From NCBI GenBank assembly GCA_963826535.1, contig CAWGXL010000011.1, positions 642,080 to 706,079 of the forward strand: a stretch of DNA of 64,000 bases, written 5' to 3'. Every line of letters begins with the position of its first letter. The first letter of the stretch is position 1. This stretch comes from an uncultured bacterium (GTDB taxonomy: Bacteria > Patescibacteriota > Microgenomatia > Levybacterales > UBA12049). Positions 10,030 to 19,395 of the stretch are shown in pieces. The position numbers and the translations under genes are program-made. The notes under the pieces are model-generated. The model ran no database searches, had not been told where the DNA came from, and saw only the letters and a list, made by a program, of their open reading frames with translations.

Positions 10030-10905
10030 CTATGCCATTTCAGTAAGTTCTAGTTTTATGCCGGGGGACATTGTGGATTTCAATGTAATTTGTTTGATAT
10101 TTTTGGATTGGACGGCACTAATAGCGGTTGTGATGTTGTCGGTGAGTTTTTTTTCGCCGAAGGAGACTTTGCCGACTGTAAGGTGAAGAAGAGGGAATTT
10201 GGCTTCGGTTTTGAAATTAACCTGTCCGCCTTGGTATTTTTTGGCGATTTCATTTGGTTTGGTTGTGATGGTGCCATTTTTGGGATTGGGCATAAGTCCG
10301 CGGGGGCCTAAAAATTTGGCAACTCGTGCAAGTTTGGGCATGGCATCAGGCGTGGCAATGAGGATGTCGAAATCTATTTTGCCGGTTTCAACTTTTTTTA
10401 CTAAATCCTGCACGTGTTTTGGATCTTCAGTTTGATTTGCTATCTCGACTCGTATTTGCTTGCCTGTACCATGAGGAAACATGATATTGCCGGTGATGCC
10501 TGATTCTTGCGTATTGATATGGAGTTCGACTGATTCGTCGAATTTGGCGCTTTTGAATTTGACCAGTTGCCCGAGTGCTTCCGAGAGCGTATACTTTTTG
10601 TTTTTGTCGATTATTTTGGTTATTGTCATGTAATTTTTTGAGCGTTTTTGTTTTTTAGAGGCACTATGCTTGCCGGACGGTTTGGATTTCTCTTTTTTTG
10701 CTGTTGTTTTTACATCTTCTTTTACAGGGGTTGCGGCTTCTGTCTTGGTGGCGGCTTCAGGTTTGGCAGATTTTTTATCCACCACTTTTGTTTGAGGCTT
10801 TTCTTCCTCTTTCGTTTTTTTGGCTTCACCGCGATATTCAATCTTTTTCTTTTCCTTTTTCTCTTTTTTTTCGTCTCCTAGTGTTTTGACTCTGATTTTA
10901 CCCAT
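10030..10905 (-). CDS. rplA: 50S ribosomal protein L1 with a ~90-aa Lys/Glu-rich N-terminal extension
   Basis: L1 core begins at ...MTITKIIDKNKKYTLSEALG...VELHINT. The extended start at 10905 has a strong AAAGGAG SD 5 nt upstream. Confidence 0.85.
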   Translation of the reverse strand: MGKIRVKTLGDEKKEKKEKKKIEYRGEAKKTKEEEKPQTKVVDKKSAKPEAATKTEAATPVKEDVKTTAKKEKSKPSGKHSASKKQKRSKNYMTITKIIDKNKKYTLSEALGQLVKFKSAKFDESVELHINTQESGITGNIMFPHGTGKQIRVEIANQTEDPKHVQDLVKKVETGKIDFDILIATPDAMPKLARVAKFLGPRGLMPNPKNGTITTKPNEIAKKYQGGQVNFKTEAKFPLLHLTVGKVSFGEKKLTDNITTAISAVQSKNIKQITLKSTMSPGIKLELTEMA

Positions 10906-11049
10906 AATGCTCCTTTCAGGAGAAATCCAAAATCCAAAGCATCAAATTTCAAATAAATTCAAATATCAAAATTCTAAATACAAAACGTTTTGGATTTTAT
11001 TATTTGTATTTTAATATTATTTAGGATTTGTAATTTTGAATTTGTAATT
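10906..11049. repeat. Long AT-rich imperfect palindrome in the rplA-rplK spacer
   Basis: aaatccaaaatccaaagc...gttttggatttt and caaatatcaaaattctaaatac...tttgtattttaatattatttaggatttg arms. Confidence 0.55.
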
Positions 11050-11473
11050 TCATTTAACTTCAACTCCCATGCTTCTAGCTGTACCAGCGACAATTCTTGA
11101 TGCCATTTCTACATTGTCAGTGTTGAGGTCTTCCATTTTGTCTTTGGCAATTTGCTCCACCTGCGACATGCTTAGAATTCCCGCTTTTTCTTTACCCGGT
11201 TTTTGGGAGCCTTTTTCTTTGCTAATGGCTTTTTTGATCATTTCAGCAACCGGTGGTTTTTTGGTGATAAAGCTGAAAGTGCGATCGACAAAGACTGTAA
11301 TGACAACAGGAAGCACGTTGCCTTTCATTTTGACAGTGCGGGCGTTGAATTCTTTTACGAATTCCATAATCGGGAGGCCATGTTGACCAAGTGCCGGGCC
11401 AACCGGCGGGGCTGGGGTGGCTTCGCCTGCTTTGATGTTTAGTTTGATAAGTGTTTTAATTTTTTTAGCTATA
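11050..11473 (-). CDS. rplK: 50S ribosomal protein L11. No canonical start codon is present; the apparent start is ATA.
   Basis: The L11 sequence (…[25 protein letters not shown]…VVITVF…) continues in frame upstream of the listed Met, back to [15 protein letters not shown]. An in-frame TGA lies just upstream. Only an ATA codon follows an AAAGGAA SD. Confidence 0.75.
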
Positions 11474-11837
11474 TATTCCTTTCATCAAAATAAAAAATTA
11501 AATTATCTGCGTTTTTCTTTTGGTATTCTTGAAATTGTAATTGCCCCACGATTCTTTCACCTGCGGCTCTAAGCGCGGCTTTTCCGTTACGATATAATTC
11601 AGAGTCAATTATTGTTCGGGATACAGGAACATCTCCACGTCCATCCTCAGATGGTGGATTTCCTTCCGGATAATTTTCTGCTTCCATATTTATTTCAACG
11701 ACTCTATATCTTCTGCGCCAAGGCAAAATTCCACTTTCTCTAACTGCAGAAAGAGAGTATTCTTTATTGTCTACCCTAACCCACTGGTAAGTTATTGCTG
11801 AATCAACGGCTACAAATGGTCCTTTTTCTATTTTCAT
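11469..11837 (-). CDS. Hypothetical protein inserted between nusG and rplK
   Basis: ORF with 4-bp overlaps to both neighbours. Confidence 0.4.
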   Translation of the reverse strand: MKIEKGPFVAVDSAITYQWVRVDNKEYSLSAVRESGILPWRRRYRVVEINMEAENYPEGNPPSEDGRGDVPVSRTIIDSELYRNGKAALRAAGERIVGQLQFQEYQKKNADNLIFYFDERNI

Positions 11838-12409
11838 ATTTTTTTGACTTGGAGGAAATCCAACTCCACCGGTGTTTCGCGGCCGAAAATTGATACAAGG
11901 ATACGTAATTTTCCGGCTTTTTCGTCAATGAAGTCGATTGTGCCTAAGAAATCGGTGAATGGGCCGTCAACGATTTTGACCGCTTCACCCATAGAGAAGG
12001 AAACTTTGTAAAGGGGTTCTTCCATATTCATGAATTTTTGGATTGCTTTAACTTCCTGTTCGGAGATGGGGGTAGGCTTGTTGCCTGTACCGATAAACGA
12101 AGTAACGCCTTGGGTGCTGCGGACCATAAACCATGTCTCATCATCAAGTAGCATTTTTACTAAGACGTAACCCGGGAAGATTTTTTCTTTTACAGTTTCT
12201 TTTTTCCCCTGGGAGACTTTGATAGTATTGCGGGTTGGAACGATGATATCAAAGAGACGATCTGCAAATCCCATTGCGTCGGTTCTTTGTTTCAGAGAAC
12301 GGGCGACTTTGTTTTCATGGCCGGCATAGGTATGGATAATATACCATTTCGCTGCAAGTTCATTTGCTTTTTTCTTGTCTTCAGATGGTTGAACTGTTGG
12401 TGTGTCCAT
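11834..12409 (-). CDS. nusG: Transcription termination/antitermination factor NusG
   Basis: NGN domain (KWYIIHTYAGHENKV) and KOW motif (GEAVKIVDGPFTDFLGTI). Confidence 0.9.
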   Translation of the reverse strand: MDTPTVQPSEDKKKANELAAKWYIIHTYAGHENKVARSLKQRTDAMGFADRLFDIIVPTRNTIKVSQGKKETVKEKIFPGYVLVKMLLDDETWFMVRSTQGVTSFIGTGNKPTPISEQEVKAIQKFMNMEEPLYKVSFSMGEAVKIVDGPFTDFLGTIDFIDEKAGKLRILVSIFGRETPVELDFLQVKKI

Positions 12410-12456
12410 GATTTAGCTATTAGCTATTAGCTGTTGGCTATTAGCTATATTGAATA

Positions 12457-12648
12457 TTATTTTAACAATGCGCCCATGAGTTGGGTAAGAATATAATCGA
12501 GTGCTCCGAGATATAAGCCAATCGCAAAACTGATAACTATGACAATTGCTGTCAGTCGTATAACATCGTTAACTGTGGGCCATTTGACCTGCTTCAGTTC
12601 GTCATACGTCTGTCTCAGGAATGTGATTGGCGTAGTCATGTCGAGCAA
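12457..12648 (-). CDS. secE: Preprotein translocase subunit SecE
   Basis: 63 aa with a ...ELKQVKWPTVNDVIRLTAIVIVISFAIGLYLG single TM; position upstream of nusG. Confidence 0.7.
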   Translation of the reverse strand: MLDMTTPITFLRQTYDELKQVKWPTVNDVIRLTAIVIVISFAIGLYLGALDYILTQLMGALLK

Positions 12649-12756
12649 AACTTATGAGTATTTTATCAGATAGTTATTGGTGTGTAAAGCCTTGAATCGG
12701 TGCCACTGCTTACTTTTGAAGTTTGAAAATAATAAAATCTTTAATTTTGGTGTATC

Positions 12757-13647
12757 TTAATGTTTCATAAATACTAAATCTAGTGGGGGATGATTATATG
12801 GCGAAGACACAATAATTCCTTGATCTATCCATTGACGAATAACGTAAGTATTGAAATCTATAATGTTTTCAGTGGTACAGATTCTAGCTAACTGTTTTCC
12901 TACTCCTGTAAGGAGAACTTGTCCAATAATAATTTCATTGTCTTCTATTTTTTCAAATTCTAGAATCAAAGTTGTATTTTGATACGCTACTAGAATCTTT
13001 TTAGGTAATCGTTTAATTAAATATCCCGTTATATGATTAAAGCTTATAAGACCAATTGCGTTTAAATGATTTAATATTCCAAAGTTGATACCGTTGTTTG
13101 TGTATATTTTTGCATTGATGTCAAAAATTAATGGTTGTATTTCGTTGATGACCCAGCCAAAATTACATAACTTAGTAAATAAAGTTGCATCTTCTTTATC
13201 TAAAGAAGCCATAATATTAATTGTTCTTTTTGAATAACTTCCAGGATTATTTGCTTCTCCAGCTAATACTTTTGACCATAGGCTTTGCATCTCCTGATCA
13301 GATATTAGACGGCATTTATCAAAAAAGTTTGAAATCCAGTCATCTTCCATTTTTTCAGGCTTTGCGTCCTTTCTTAATTGAGGAAGTGCTAGGCGCGTAA
13401 TCTCTTCAATATTATTTTGTTTTTTTGCTTCTTCATAAATAAAGCGTTGTAAGGCTCGTTGTTGTAGTTGTGTGATTTCTATTTTAGAAATGGCTTTAAT
13501 TTTATTTGCTTCGGCTTTAGCTTTTGCAACTCTTCTAATTTGCCATGGCTTAAAAATACCTCCGGTTGCTTCGGAAATTTTCTCAATTAGAACCGTGGCT
13601 GGTTTTGATAAATCTCCTAAGTTGATGACGGAATTATTATTAGGCAT
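12757..13647 (-). CDS. Hypothetical protein (possibly Abi/DUF-like)
   Basis: 296-aa ORF, very AT-rich, no recognisable catalytic motif. Confidence 0.35.
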   Translation of the reverse strand: MPNNNSVINLGDLSKPATVLIEKISEATGGIFKPWQIRRVAKAKAEANKIKAISKIEITQLQQRALQRFIYEEAKKQNNIEEITRLALPQLRKDAKPEKMEDDWISNFFDKCRLISDQEMQSLWSKVLAGEANNPGSYSKRTINIMASLDKEDATLFTKLCNFGWVINEIQPLIFDINAKIYTNNGINFGILNHLNAIGLISFNHITGYLIKRLPKKILVAYQNTTLILEFEKIEDNEIIIGQVLLTGVGKQLARICTTENIIDFNTYVIRQWIDQGIIVSSPYNHPPLDLVFMKH

Positions 13648-13808
13648 ACAAAATATTAATACTCAAAACTAAAATAATCGAGGGCATGTGACAAAATTGG
13701 AATTTTCCTTCTGGTTTCATTTTGATCATCATTATACATGAAGAAATCGACTTTTTCCAAATAAATAATATATTAAAATTTTTTATCTAGGGGTAGTTAA
13801 GGTTTAGC

Positions 13809-14534
13809 TTAGGCCGCATCTCCAGCTTGGAACCTATTTGATAGTTTATCTAATAATTTAAAAAGCAAATTATTCATCTCGTCATAATTATGGTCACGTA
13901 ATTGTTGGGCGGTTTCAATATATGGCAATTTTTTATATTCTTCCAATTCATTTGCGTTATTTTTTATCATTCCCTCAATCGCAACAGGCGTGAATTCAAA
14001 GTGGCACTGGAAGCCGTATATTTTTGGAGCGTAGCGGACGATCTGCCGGGAACAACCTTTACTCGTTGCAAGCACTTTAGATTCCCTTGTAAGTCCAGGC
14101 ATATCGCCATGCCAATGGCCTACCATGAATTTTTTCGGGAAAGTTCCGAGTATAGGATCTTGTTTTCCATCTTTTGTGAGGGTAATAGATAAAACACCAA
14201 TTTCTCTGTTTGGACTATGGTCAAAAGGTGCACCTAGAGCTTCTCCTATTAATTGCGCGCCGAGGCATACGCCGAGTAAAATTTTATTCTGCTCAATGGC
14301 TTTTTTTATATAAGCAATTTCTTTTTGAGCGTCGAAATACGGATATTCAATAAGCTGGGTCGCGGGGGATTGAGGTCCGCCCATAACTATCATGAAATCG
14401 AAATTGCATTTTTCAGGGAACTTGTCTCCGGTATGCAATTTGGTGTAAGTTATGCCGCAGCCTTTTCTTTTGGCCCATACTTCAATAGCCGCAGGGGATT
14501 CAAAGCTTTCGTGTATTACAATGTGAAGCTTCAT
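13809..14534 (-). CDS. Class I glutamine amidotransferase-like protein
   Basis: GVCLGAQLIGEALGA nucleophile-elbow motif and a downstream His (HFE) as in GATase1/GuaA-N domains. Confidence 0.7.
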   Translation of the reverse strand: MKLHIVIHESFESPAAIEVWAKRKGCGITYTKLHTGDKFPEKCNFDFMIVMGGPQSPATQLIEYPYFDAQKEIAYIKKAIEQNKILLGVCLGAQLIGEALGAPFDHSPNREIGVLSITLTKDGKQDPILGTFPKKFMVGHWHGDMPGLTRESKVLATSKGCSRQIVRYAPKIYGFQCHFEFTPVAIEGMIKNNANELEEYKKLPYIETAQQLRDHNYDEMNNLLFKLLDKLSNRFQAGDAA

Positions 14535-14869
14535 AATGATTTGAGCAGTTTCTTTATTTGTTTAGTGAATGGAGGAAGACCTTCTTTTATAGTGTCCCAA
14601 ACCACTGTGAGATCTACTGCATCATAGCCGTGAATTAATTTATCTCGCATGCCGGCGGGTTGATGCCATGGGACTTCCGGATGCGCATCCCGAAACTCTT
14701 TTGGAATATTTTTTACCGCTTCACCAATAATTTCTAAACGATGAATAACCATGTCTTGAAGGTCAATGTCATTTTCAAAAGTCTCTTGGGTTACGTTTTT
14801 GATACGTTTTTCTATAAGCTTACTGCTTTTAATAATGTCCTGCAAATAAAGTTCGAGGCTTTTTTTCAT
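14531..14869 (-). CDS. HepT-like (DUF86) toxin component
   Basis: Conserved ...RLEIIGEA... and RDKLIHGY motifs. Confidence 0.7.
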   Translation of the reverse strand: MKKSLELYLQDIIKSSKLIEKRIKNVTQETFENDIDLQDMVIHRLEIIGEAVKNIPKEFRDAHPEVPWHQPAGMRDKLIHGYDAVDLTVVWDTIKEGLPPFTKQIKKLLKSL

Positions 14870-15186
14870 AGGATTTGCACTTGGTTGCTGAGTATACTTT
14901 CCCGCAATTGTGGATGAATTGAGCGATAAGTAACTAGATCAACTTTCTTTAGCAATTTTTTTTCAAGTTGCGTTTGTAATTCAACAATATCAAACAAAGT
15001 GGTACCTCTGGGGACTTCAATGAGCATATCAATGTCACTGTCTTCTCTTGCTTCGCCACGCACGTAAGAACCAAAGAGGGAGGAGCGGGTAACTCCTGCT
15101 TCTTTGAGGATTGGTATTGCTTTTTGTTTGATTTGATCTAAACTTGCTTGTGTCATAATGTATTGCTTTTGTATTATAGCAAACAA
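14866..15186 (-). CDS. MNT-type nucleotidyltransferase antitoxin
   Basis: GSYVRGEAREDSDIDMLIE (GSxxxGxxxxxSDxD) motif; 4-bp overlap with the HepT gene. Confidence 0.75.
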   Translation of the reverse strand: MFAIIQKQYIMTQASLDQIKQKAIPILKEAGVTRSSLFGSYVRGEAREDSDIDMLIEVPRGTTLFDIVELQTQLEKKLLKKVDLVTYRSIHPQLRESILSNQVQIL

Positions 15187-15318
15187 AATTGCTCTTTGGT
15201 TAATTTTTCAATGATTTTTTTAAATAAAAATTCGGGACGCGATTTTCTTTTGTTGGATTTTTTCGTTCATTAACGGCTACTTTTTTGTTTGTATGGGGGG
15301 ATATTGGAATTCGAGGGT

Positions 15319-15669
15319 TTACATCTTCGGCCATTTAATACATTCCATGATTTCGACTGAGCCGCCTGGAAGGATTGTAAAATGGGGATGGTTTAAAAAT
15401 AATTTTGCGGCGTCTTCGTACGATTTGGCTTTGACAAATGTATATGCCGCCATTTCATTTTTGGTGTCTGAAATTCCTTTTGCGTCTATGCGTTTGGTTT
15501 TGCCAAGCAGGGAGCCATCGTCAACAATTGATTTTTTATTTTTCTTTGCCCAATTTGTCCATCCAATCATGCCGGCTTTTTCCTTCTTTTTTCTCGTTGC
15601 TTCATCCAATTTTCCCCATTTTTCGAGCGCTGATGCGGTCCCAAGATATATTGCTAAGAATGTTTTCAT
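15319..15669 (-). CDS. Hypothetical small protein (YciI-like alpha+beta fold suspected)
   Basis: ORF only. Confidence 0.3.
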   Translation of the reverse strand: MKTFLAIYLGTASALEKWGKLDEATRKKKEKAGMIGWTNWAKKNKKSIVDDGSLLGKTKRIDAKGISDTKNEMAAYTFVKAKSYEDAAKLFLNHPHFTILPGGSVEIMECIKWPKM

Positions 15670-15773
15670 ATTTGAATTTTGTTGTATCTTACATTTTTCA
15701 TTATATCTCTAAATGCAAAAAAAGCAACTGCCTGTTTATCGTTGTTAATAAGAATTTTTCGCTTATTCATTTG

Positions 15774-15860
15774 CGGAGGCGAGAGGATTCGAACCTCTGA
15801 TGACGTTGCCGCCATACTGGTTTTCAAGACCAGCTCGATCGACCACTCCAACACGCCTCC
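15774..15860 (-). tRNA. tRNA-Ser (anticodon UGA), class II
   Basis: Reverse complement: GGAGGCG acceptor, anticodon loop CT-TGA-AA, long variable arm, GGTTCGAATCC T-arm. Confidence 0.8.
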
Positions 15861-15971
15861 AGTGTGACTATTTTAGCAAAAAAGCCGGCTGGTTGCTAGG
15901 ACAGCGAATTGACAAATAAGCTAGGCTAGTTTAGAATGTAGAAAGTTAGAAAAGTAAACTATTAGCAACGT

Positions 15972-16256
15972 ATGAGCCAAACAGTGCAAAATAATCAGGA
16001 AGAATTGTTAAAAATCCTGGGAAAGGGTATGGTTACTATACCTAAAAAATGGAGGAAAGATTTGGGTATTGATAAGGGTGACATTGTAAAAGTCAGGAAA
16101 GAGGGCAAAAGGTTGGTAATTGAGGCAACACGGCTTAAGGCTCCGGCGCCATACAGAGTCTATAGCGCTGCAGAAATTGATGACTTTTTGGAAGAGGATC
16201 GCTTGTCTGAGAGTTTAGCACAGAAGGCAAAAAAAACCCTTCCCAACATCTCATGA
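15972..16256 (+). CDS. AbrB/SpoVT/MazE-type antitoxin
   Basis: MVTIPKKWRKDLGIDKGDIVKV swapped-hairpin motif. Confidence 0.6.
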   Translation: MSQTVQNNQEELLKILGKGMVTIPKKWRKDLGIDKGDIVKVRKEGKRLVIEATRLKAPAPYRVYSAAEIDDFLEEDRLSESLAQKAKKTLPNIS

Positions 16257-16260
16257 AAAT

Positions 16261-16683
16261 ATGAGAGTATTTTTTGACGCTTCTGTTATTATAGCCGCAT
16301 TGCTTTCTTCAACCGGGGCCTCATCCTTGTTAATTAAATATGTAAAAGCAGGAAGGTTTACAGGTGTCACTTCGCAAACCGCTTTAAATGAAGTTCTACA
16401 TAAAACCGATAAAATTAGAAAAACAAAAATAGAGATTAAAAACTTTATAGCTGAGAGCGGTTTGCTGGTAATAGAAGAAATAGACGAGGACGAGATTGAG
16501 CATTATAAAAACAGAATAGACATAGAAGATGCTCATTTGATAGCCGGAGCAAATCTCTCCAAATGCGGGTACTTGGTATCACTGGATAAAAAACATCTTC
16601 TTAAAGATGGTATTAAAAAAGAATTTTTACCTTTGAAAATTGTTTCTACAAAAGAATTGATAGAGGAAATCGTTTCAAAATAA
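16261..16683 (+). CDS. PIN-domain (VapC-like) toxin
   Basis: N-terminal FFDASVIIA with acidic residues in PIN spacing; immediately downstream of the antitoxin. Confidence 0.7.
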   Translation: MRVFFDASVIIAALLSSTGASSLLIKYVKAGRFTGVTSQTALNEVLHKTDKIRKTKIEIKNFIAESGLLVIEEIDEDEIEHYKNRIDIEDAHLIAGANLSKCGYLVSLDKKHLLKDGIKKEFLPLKIVSTKELIEEIVSK

Positions 16684-16710
16684 GTATTTTTGTGGATTTA
16701 CAAGGTTAGT

Positions 16711-18480
16711 TTATTTTACAGTAACTGATTTTGCGAGGTTGCGGGGTTTGTCGGGGTCTAGGTGTTTTTTTATGGCTATGTAGTAGGCGAGGAGTTGGAG
16801 GGGGATGATTTGGGTTATGAGGGGGGAGCCGGTTTCGCGGACTTCTATCCACTCATCGAAGGCAGGATTATTTTTGGACGAAATTCCAATGATGTGGCCT
16901 CCGCGTGATTTTATCTCTATCGCGTTGGAAATGATCGCGTCATATGAGTCATCAAACGGCGCAATAACAATACAAGGTACACCTTTTGAAATCAGTGCAA
17001 GAGCGCCATGTTTTAATTCTCCACCTGCTAAACCTTCGGTGTGGATGTAGCTGCATTCTTTGATTTTCAAAGCTCCCTCCAGTGCTGTCGCATAGGAAAC
17101 GCCGCGGCCGATTATATAGATGTGTTCTTTAAAGGATAAGAGATTGGCGACAGTTTTTATTTTGGTAATTGATTTCTTACCCAGAAGACGGCTAATTTCT
17201 TTTCCTGATTCTAAAAGTATTTTTTTGGCTACATCGAGTTTATCAATTAGCGCATAAGCCAACATTGTTAATATAGATATTTTGGCAATATAGGCTTTGG
17301 TTGAGGCGACGGCTTTTTCCGGTCCGGCGCCCAGAAGAAGTTTGTGATCTCCCATGCGGTAGATGGTTGAGCCTAGTACATTGGTGACAGAAATAATTTG
17401 GCTGCCTTTTTGGCGCGCGCGGTTTAAGGGCTCAATGACATCGATTGTTTCTCCACTTTGAGAGAGGGGAATGATGAGGCTTTCTTTGGTCAGAAAATCT
17501 TCAAGATAATTAAATTCTGAGGCTGGGGCTGTATTAACATGACGATGTGCGATTTTTGAAAATAGATAGGTGCCTGCCAAACAGGCATGAAAGGCTGTGC
17601 CGCAGCCGATGAAGAAAGTGCCGCGGGCTTTTTTAATAAGTTTACTTAGGTTGTTAACTTGATCAGTATAAGTGCTCGCGAGCATGTTGATAATGATTGG
17701 CTGTTCATGGATTTCTTTGAGCATGAAATGATCGAAGTCTCCTTTTGAAGTTTGTTCTATTTTCCAATTTATTATTTCAATTTGAGGCTTTATTTCATTT
17801 CCGGAAAGGAGGGAATAGAGTTTGTAATCGCGGTTTAGAGAAATTAATTCGTTGTCTTTTAGGAAAATTACTTTTTTGGTGTGGGGGATAATAGCAGCAA
17901 CGTCGGAGGCGAGGAAAAATTCATCCATTCCGATTCCCGCAATCAAGGGTGAACCGTTTTTGGCCGCTAAAATTTGTGAGTTTTTGGTGTTTATGGCCAC
18001 TATAGCATTCAGACCTTTCAAAAGATGATGTACTTTCTTAAATGATTCAATAAATGTGTCTTTTTTTATAAAGTCCTCGAGCAGATGTGCGACAATTTCT
18101 GTATCGGTTTCTGAGGCAAAGGTGTGGCCTTTTGCTATTAAATCTTTTTTGAGATCCTGGTAGTTTTCAATTATGCCGTTATGCAAGACAGCAATTTGTC
18201 CTGTGCAGTCAAGATGCGGGTGGGCGTTGGTATCGGTGACACCGCCATGTGTTGCCCATCTAGTATGGCCAATCGCTAGTTGGGAGTTTGACCCTATTAA
18301 ATCGGGGTTGAGAGTAGCGTTGCCTATTTTTCCGATTTTTTTATCTAAAATTAGGTTACCGTTACATTGAGCGGCAATGCCCCAGGAGTCGTAGCCTCTG
18401 TATTCAAGGTTTTTAAGTCCCTCAAACACAACGCGCGATGCGTTTGAATTGCTGCCGATATAACCGAATATACCACACAT
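16711..18480 (-). CDS. glmS: Glutamine--fructose-6-phosphate aminotransferase
   Basis: MCGIFGYIG N-terminal nucleophile and two SIS domains; ~589 aa. Confidence 0.9.
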   Translation of the reverse strand: MCGIFGYIGSNSNASRVVFEGLKNLEYRGYDSWGIAAQCNGNLILDKKIGKIGNATLNPDLIGSNSQLAIGHTRWATHGGVTDTNAHPHLDCTGQIAVLHNGIIENYQDLKKDLIAKGHTFASETDTEIVAHLLEDFIKKDTFIESFKKVHHLLKGLNAIVAINTKNSQILAAKNGSPLIAGIGMDEFFLASDVAAIIPHTKKVIFLKDNELISLNRDYKLYSLLSGNEIKPQIEIINWKIEQTSKGDFDHFMLKEIHEQPIIINMLASTYTDQVNNLSKLIKKARGTFFIGCGTAFHACLAGTYLFSKIAHRHVNTAPASEFNYLEDFLTKESLIIPLSQSGETIDVIEPLNRARQKGSQIISVTNVLGSTIYRMGDHKLLLGAGPEKAVASTKAYIAKISILTMLAYALIDKLDVAKKILLESGKEISRLLGKKSITKIKTVANLLSFKEHIYIIGRGVSYATALEGALKIKECSYIHTEGLAGGELKHGALALISKGVPCIVIAPFDDSYDAIISNAIEIKSRGGHIIGISSKNNPAFDEWIEVRETGSPLITQIIPLQLLAYYIAIKKHLDPDKPRNLAKSVTVK

Positions 18481-18663
18481 ATAAAAGTTTAAAGTTCAAA
18501 GTGCAAAGTTAAAAGTTAAAAAATGTTATTGAACTTGGGATAATTGTAGTGATTATAGGCCTACATGTCAAGGTACTTTCGAGCTTGATCGTGGTATTTT
18601 GGTGTGGTAAGATAGGTGGAAGATTGGGAACGTAATGCCGCTTTGCGTCAAACGTTCTTAAGT

Positions 18664-18737
18664 GGCACGGTGGCGAAGCGGTAACGCAGCTGTTTGCAGA
18701 ACAGATATACAGGGGTTCGATTCCCCTCCGTGCCTCA
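18664..18737 (+). tRNA. tRNA-Cys (anticodon GCA)
   Basis: GGCACGG/CCGTGCC acceptor, anticodon loop TT-GCA-GA, AGGGG-TTCGATT-CCCCT T-arm, U73 discriminator. Confidence 0.7.
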
Positions 18738-18783
18738 TGATTAGAATTAAGAAGCAAGAATTAAGAATTAAGGAGGAAGAAAT

Positions 18784-18957
18784 ATGGCAGGAAAAGAAGG
18801 TGAACCAAGTTTAACTCGTAAGGTAGCTGGCACTGGACTGGAAGTAGTTGGAGCTGTTGAGATGGTTATAGGGGCGGTTAAATTGAGTCTTCCTCTAGCT
18901 GCTGTGGGAGGAGTTGTATGGATTATAGGTAGTTGGGTAAGAAATTATGGAAAGTAA
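18784..18957 (+). CDS. Small Gly-rich membrane peptide (57 aa)
   Basis: AAGGAGG SD 7 nt upstream; GxxxG-rich TM. Confidence 0.4.
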   Translation: MAGKEGEPSLTRKVAGTGLEVVGAVEMVIGAVKLSLPLAAVGGVVWIIGSWVRNYGK

Positions 18958-18975
18958 GAAAAATTAGGAGGTAAT

Positions 18976-19209
18976 ATGGCAAAGAATCCTGAAGTTAGAA
19001 GTGAAGCAGCGGATTTCTATAAAAAATTTAATCAAGGTGTGTTAGTGGCTGAAATTGGTGTAGCTGCGATTTTTCCACCGTTAGCAGTTCCGGCTATAAT
19101 GTTGGCTGCGGGGAATGTAATAGAAATAGCGGTTATAGATAAGTTTAATAAAAAGAAACCTGCACAAACGGTTGTATATCAAAGGGATGAATATAAAAAA
19201 GCTGCCTAG
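18976..19209 (+). CDS. Small membrane protein (77 aa)
   Basis: AGGAGG SD; hydrophobic core AEIGVAAIFPPLAVPAIMLAAG. Confidence 0.45.
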   Translation: MAKNPEVRSEAADFYKKFNQGVLVAEIGVAAIFPPLAVPAIMLAAGNVIEIAVIDKFNKKKPAQTVVYQRDEYKKAA

Positions 19210-19229
19210 AATGTGGTGGGGAGGAGTAT

Positions 19230-19379
19230 ATGGAAAGATTGCAATATAAAAATAATGAGGAAGAGCCGCGGAAAGGTGCGGGGTGGGAAGTGGTAGAATC
19301 GTGGATGCATAGAAAAGCACAGAAGCATCCTATAGTAGGCTATATTTTTAATTTGTTAACACGTAAATCGCCCCGTTAA
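19230..19379 (+). CDS. Small protein (49 aa)
   Basis: GGGAGGAG SD 6 nt upstream of the ATG. Confidence 0.3.
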   Translation: MERLQYKNNEEEPRKGAGWEVVESWMHRKAQKHPIVGYIFNLLTRKSPR

Positions 19380-19395
19380 TTATTTTCTATTTATC

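Noticed and set aside
10080-10889. Several plus-strand ORFs inside rplA and its Lys-rich extension
   Set aside because: They are Phe/Leu-rich antisense translations of a K/E-rich gene, which is a typical artefact.
18509-18757. 82-aa minus-strand ORF
   Set aside because: It lies entirely across tRNA-Cys and the glmS/tRNA spacer, so it is spurious.
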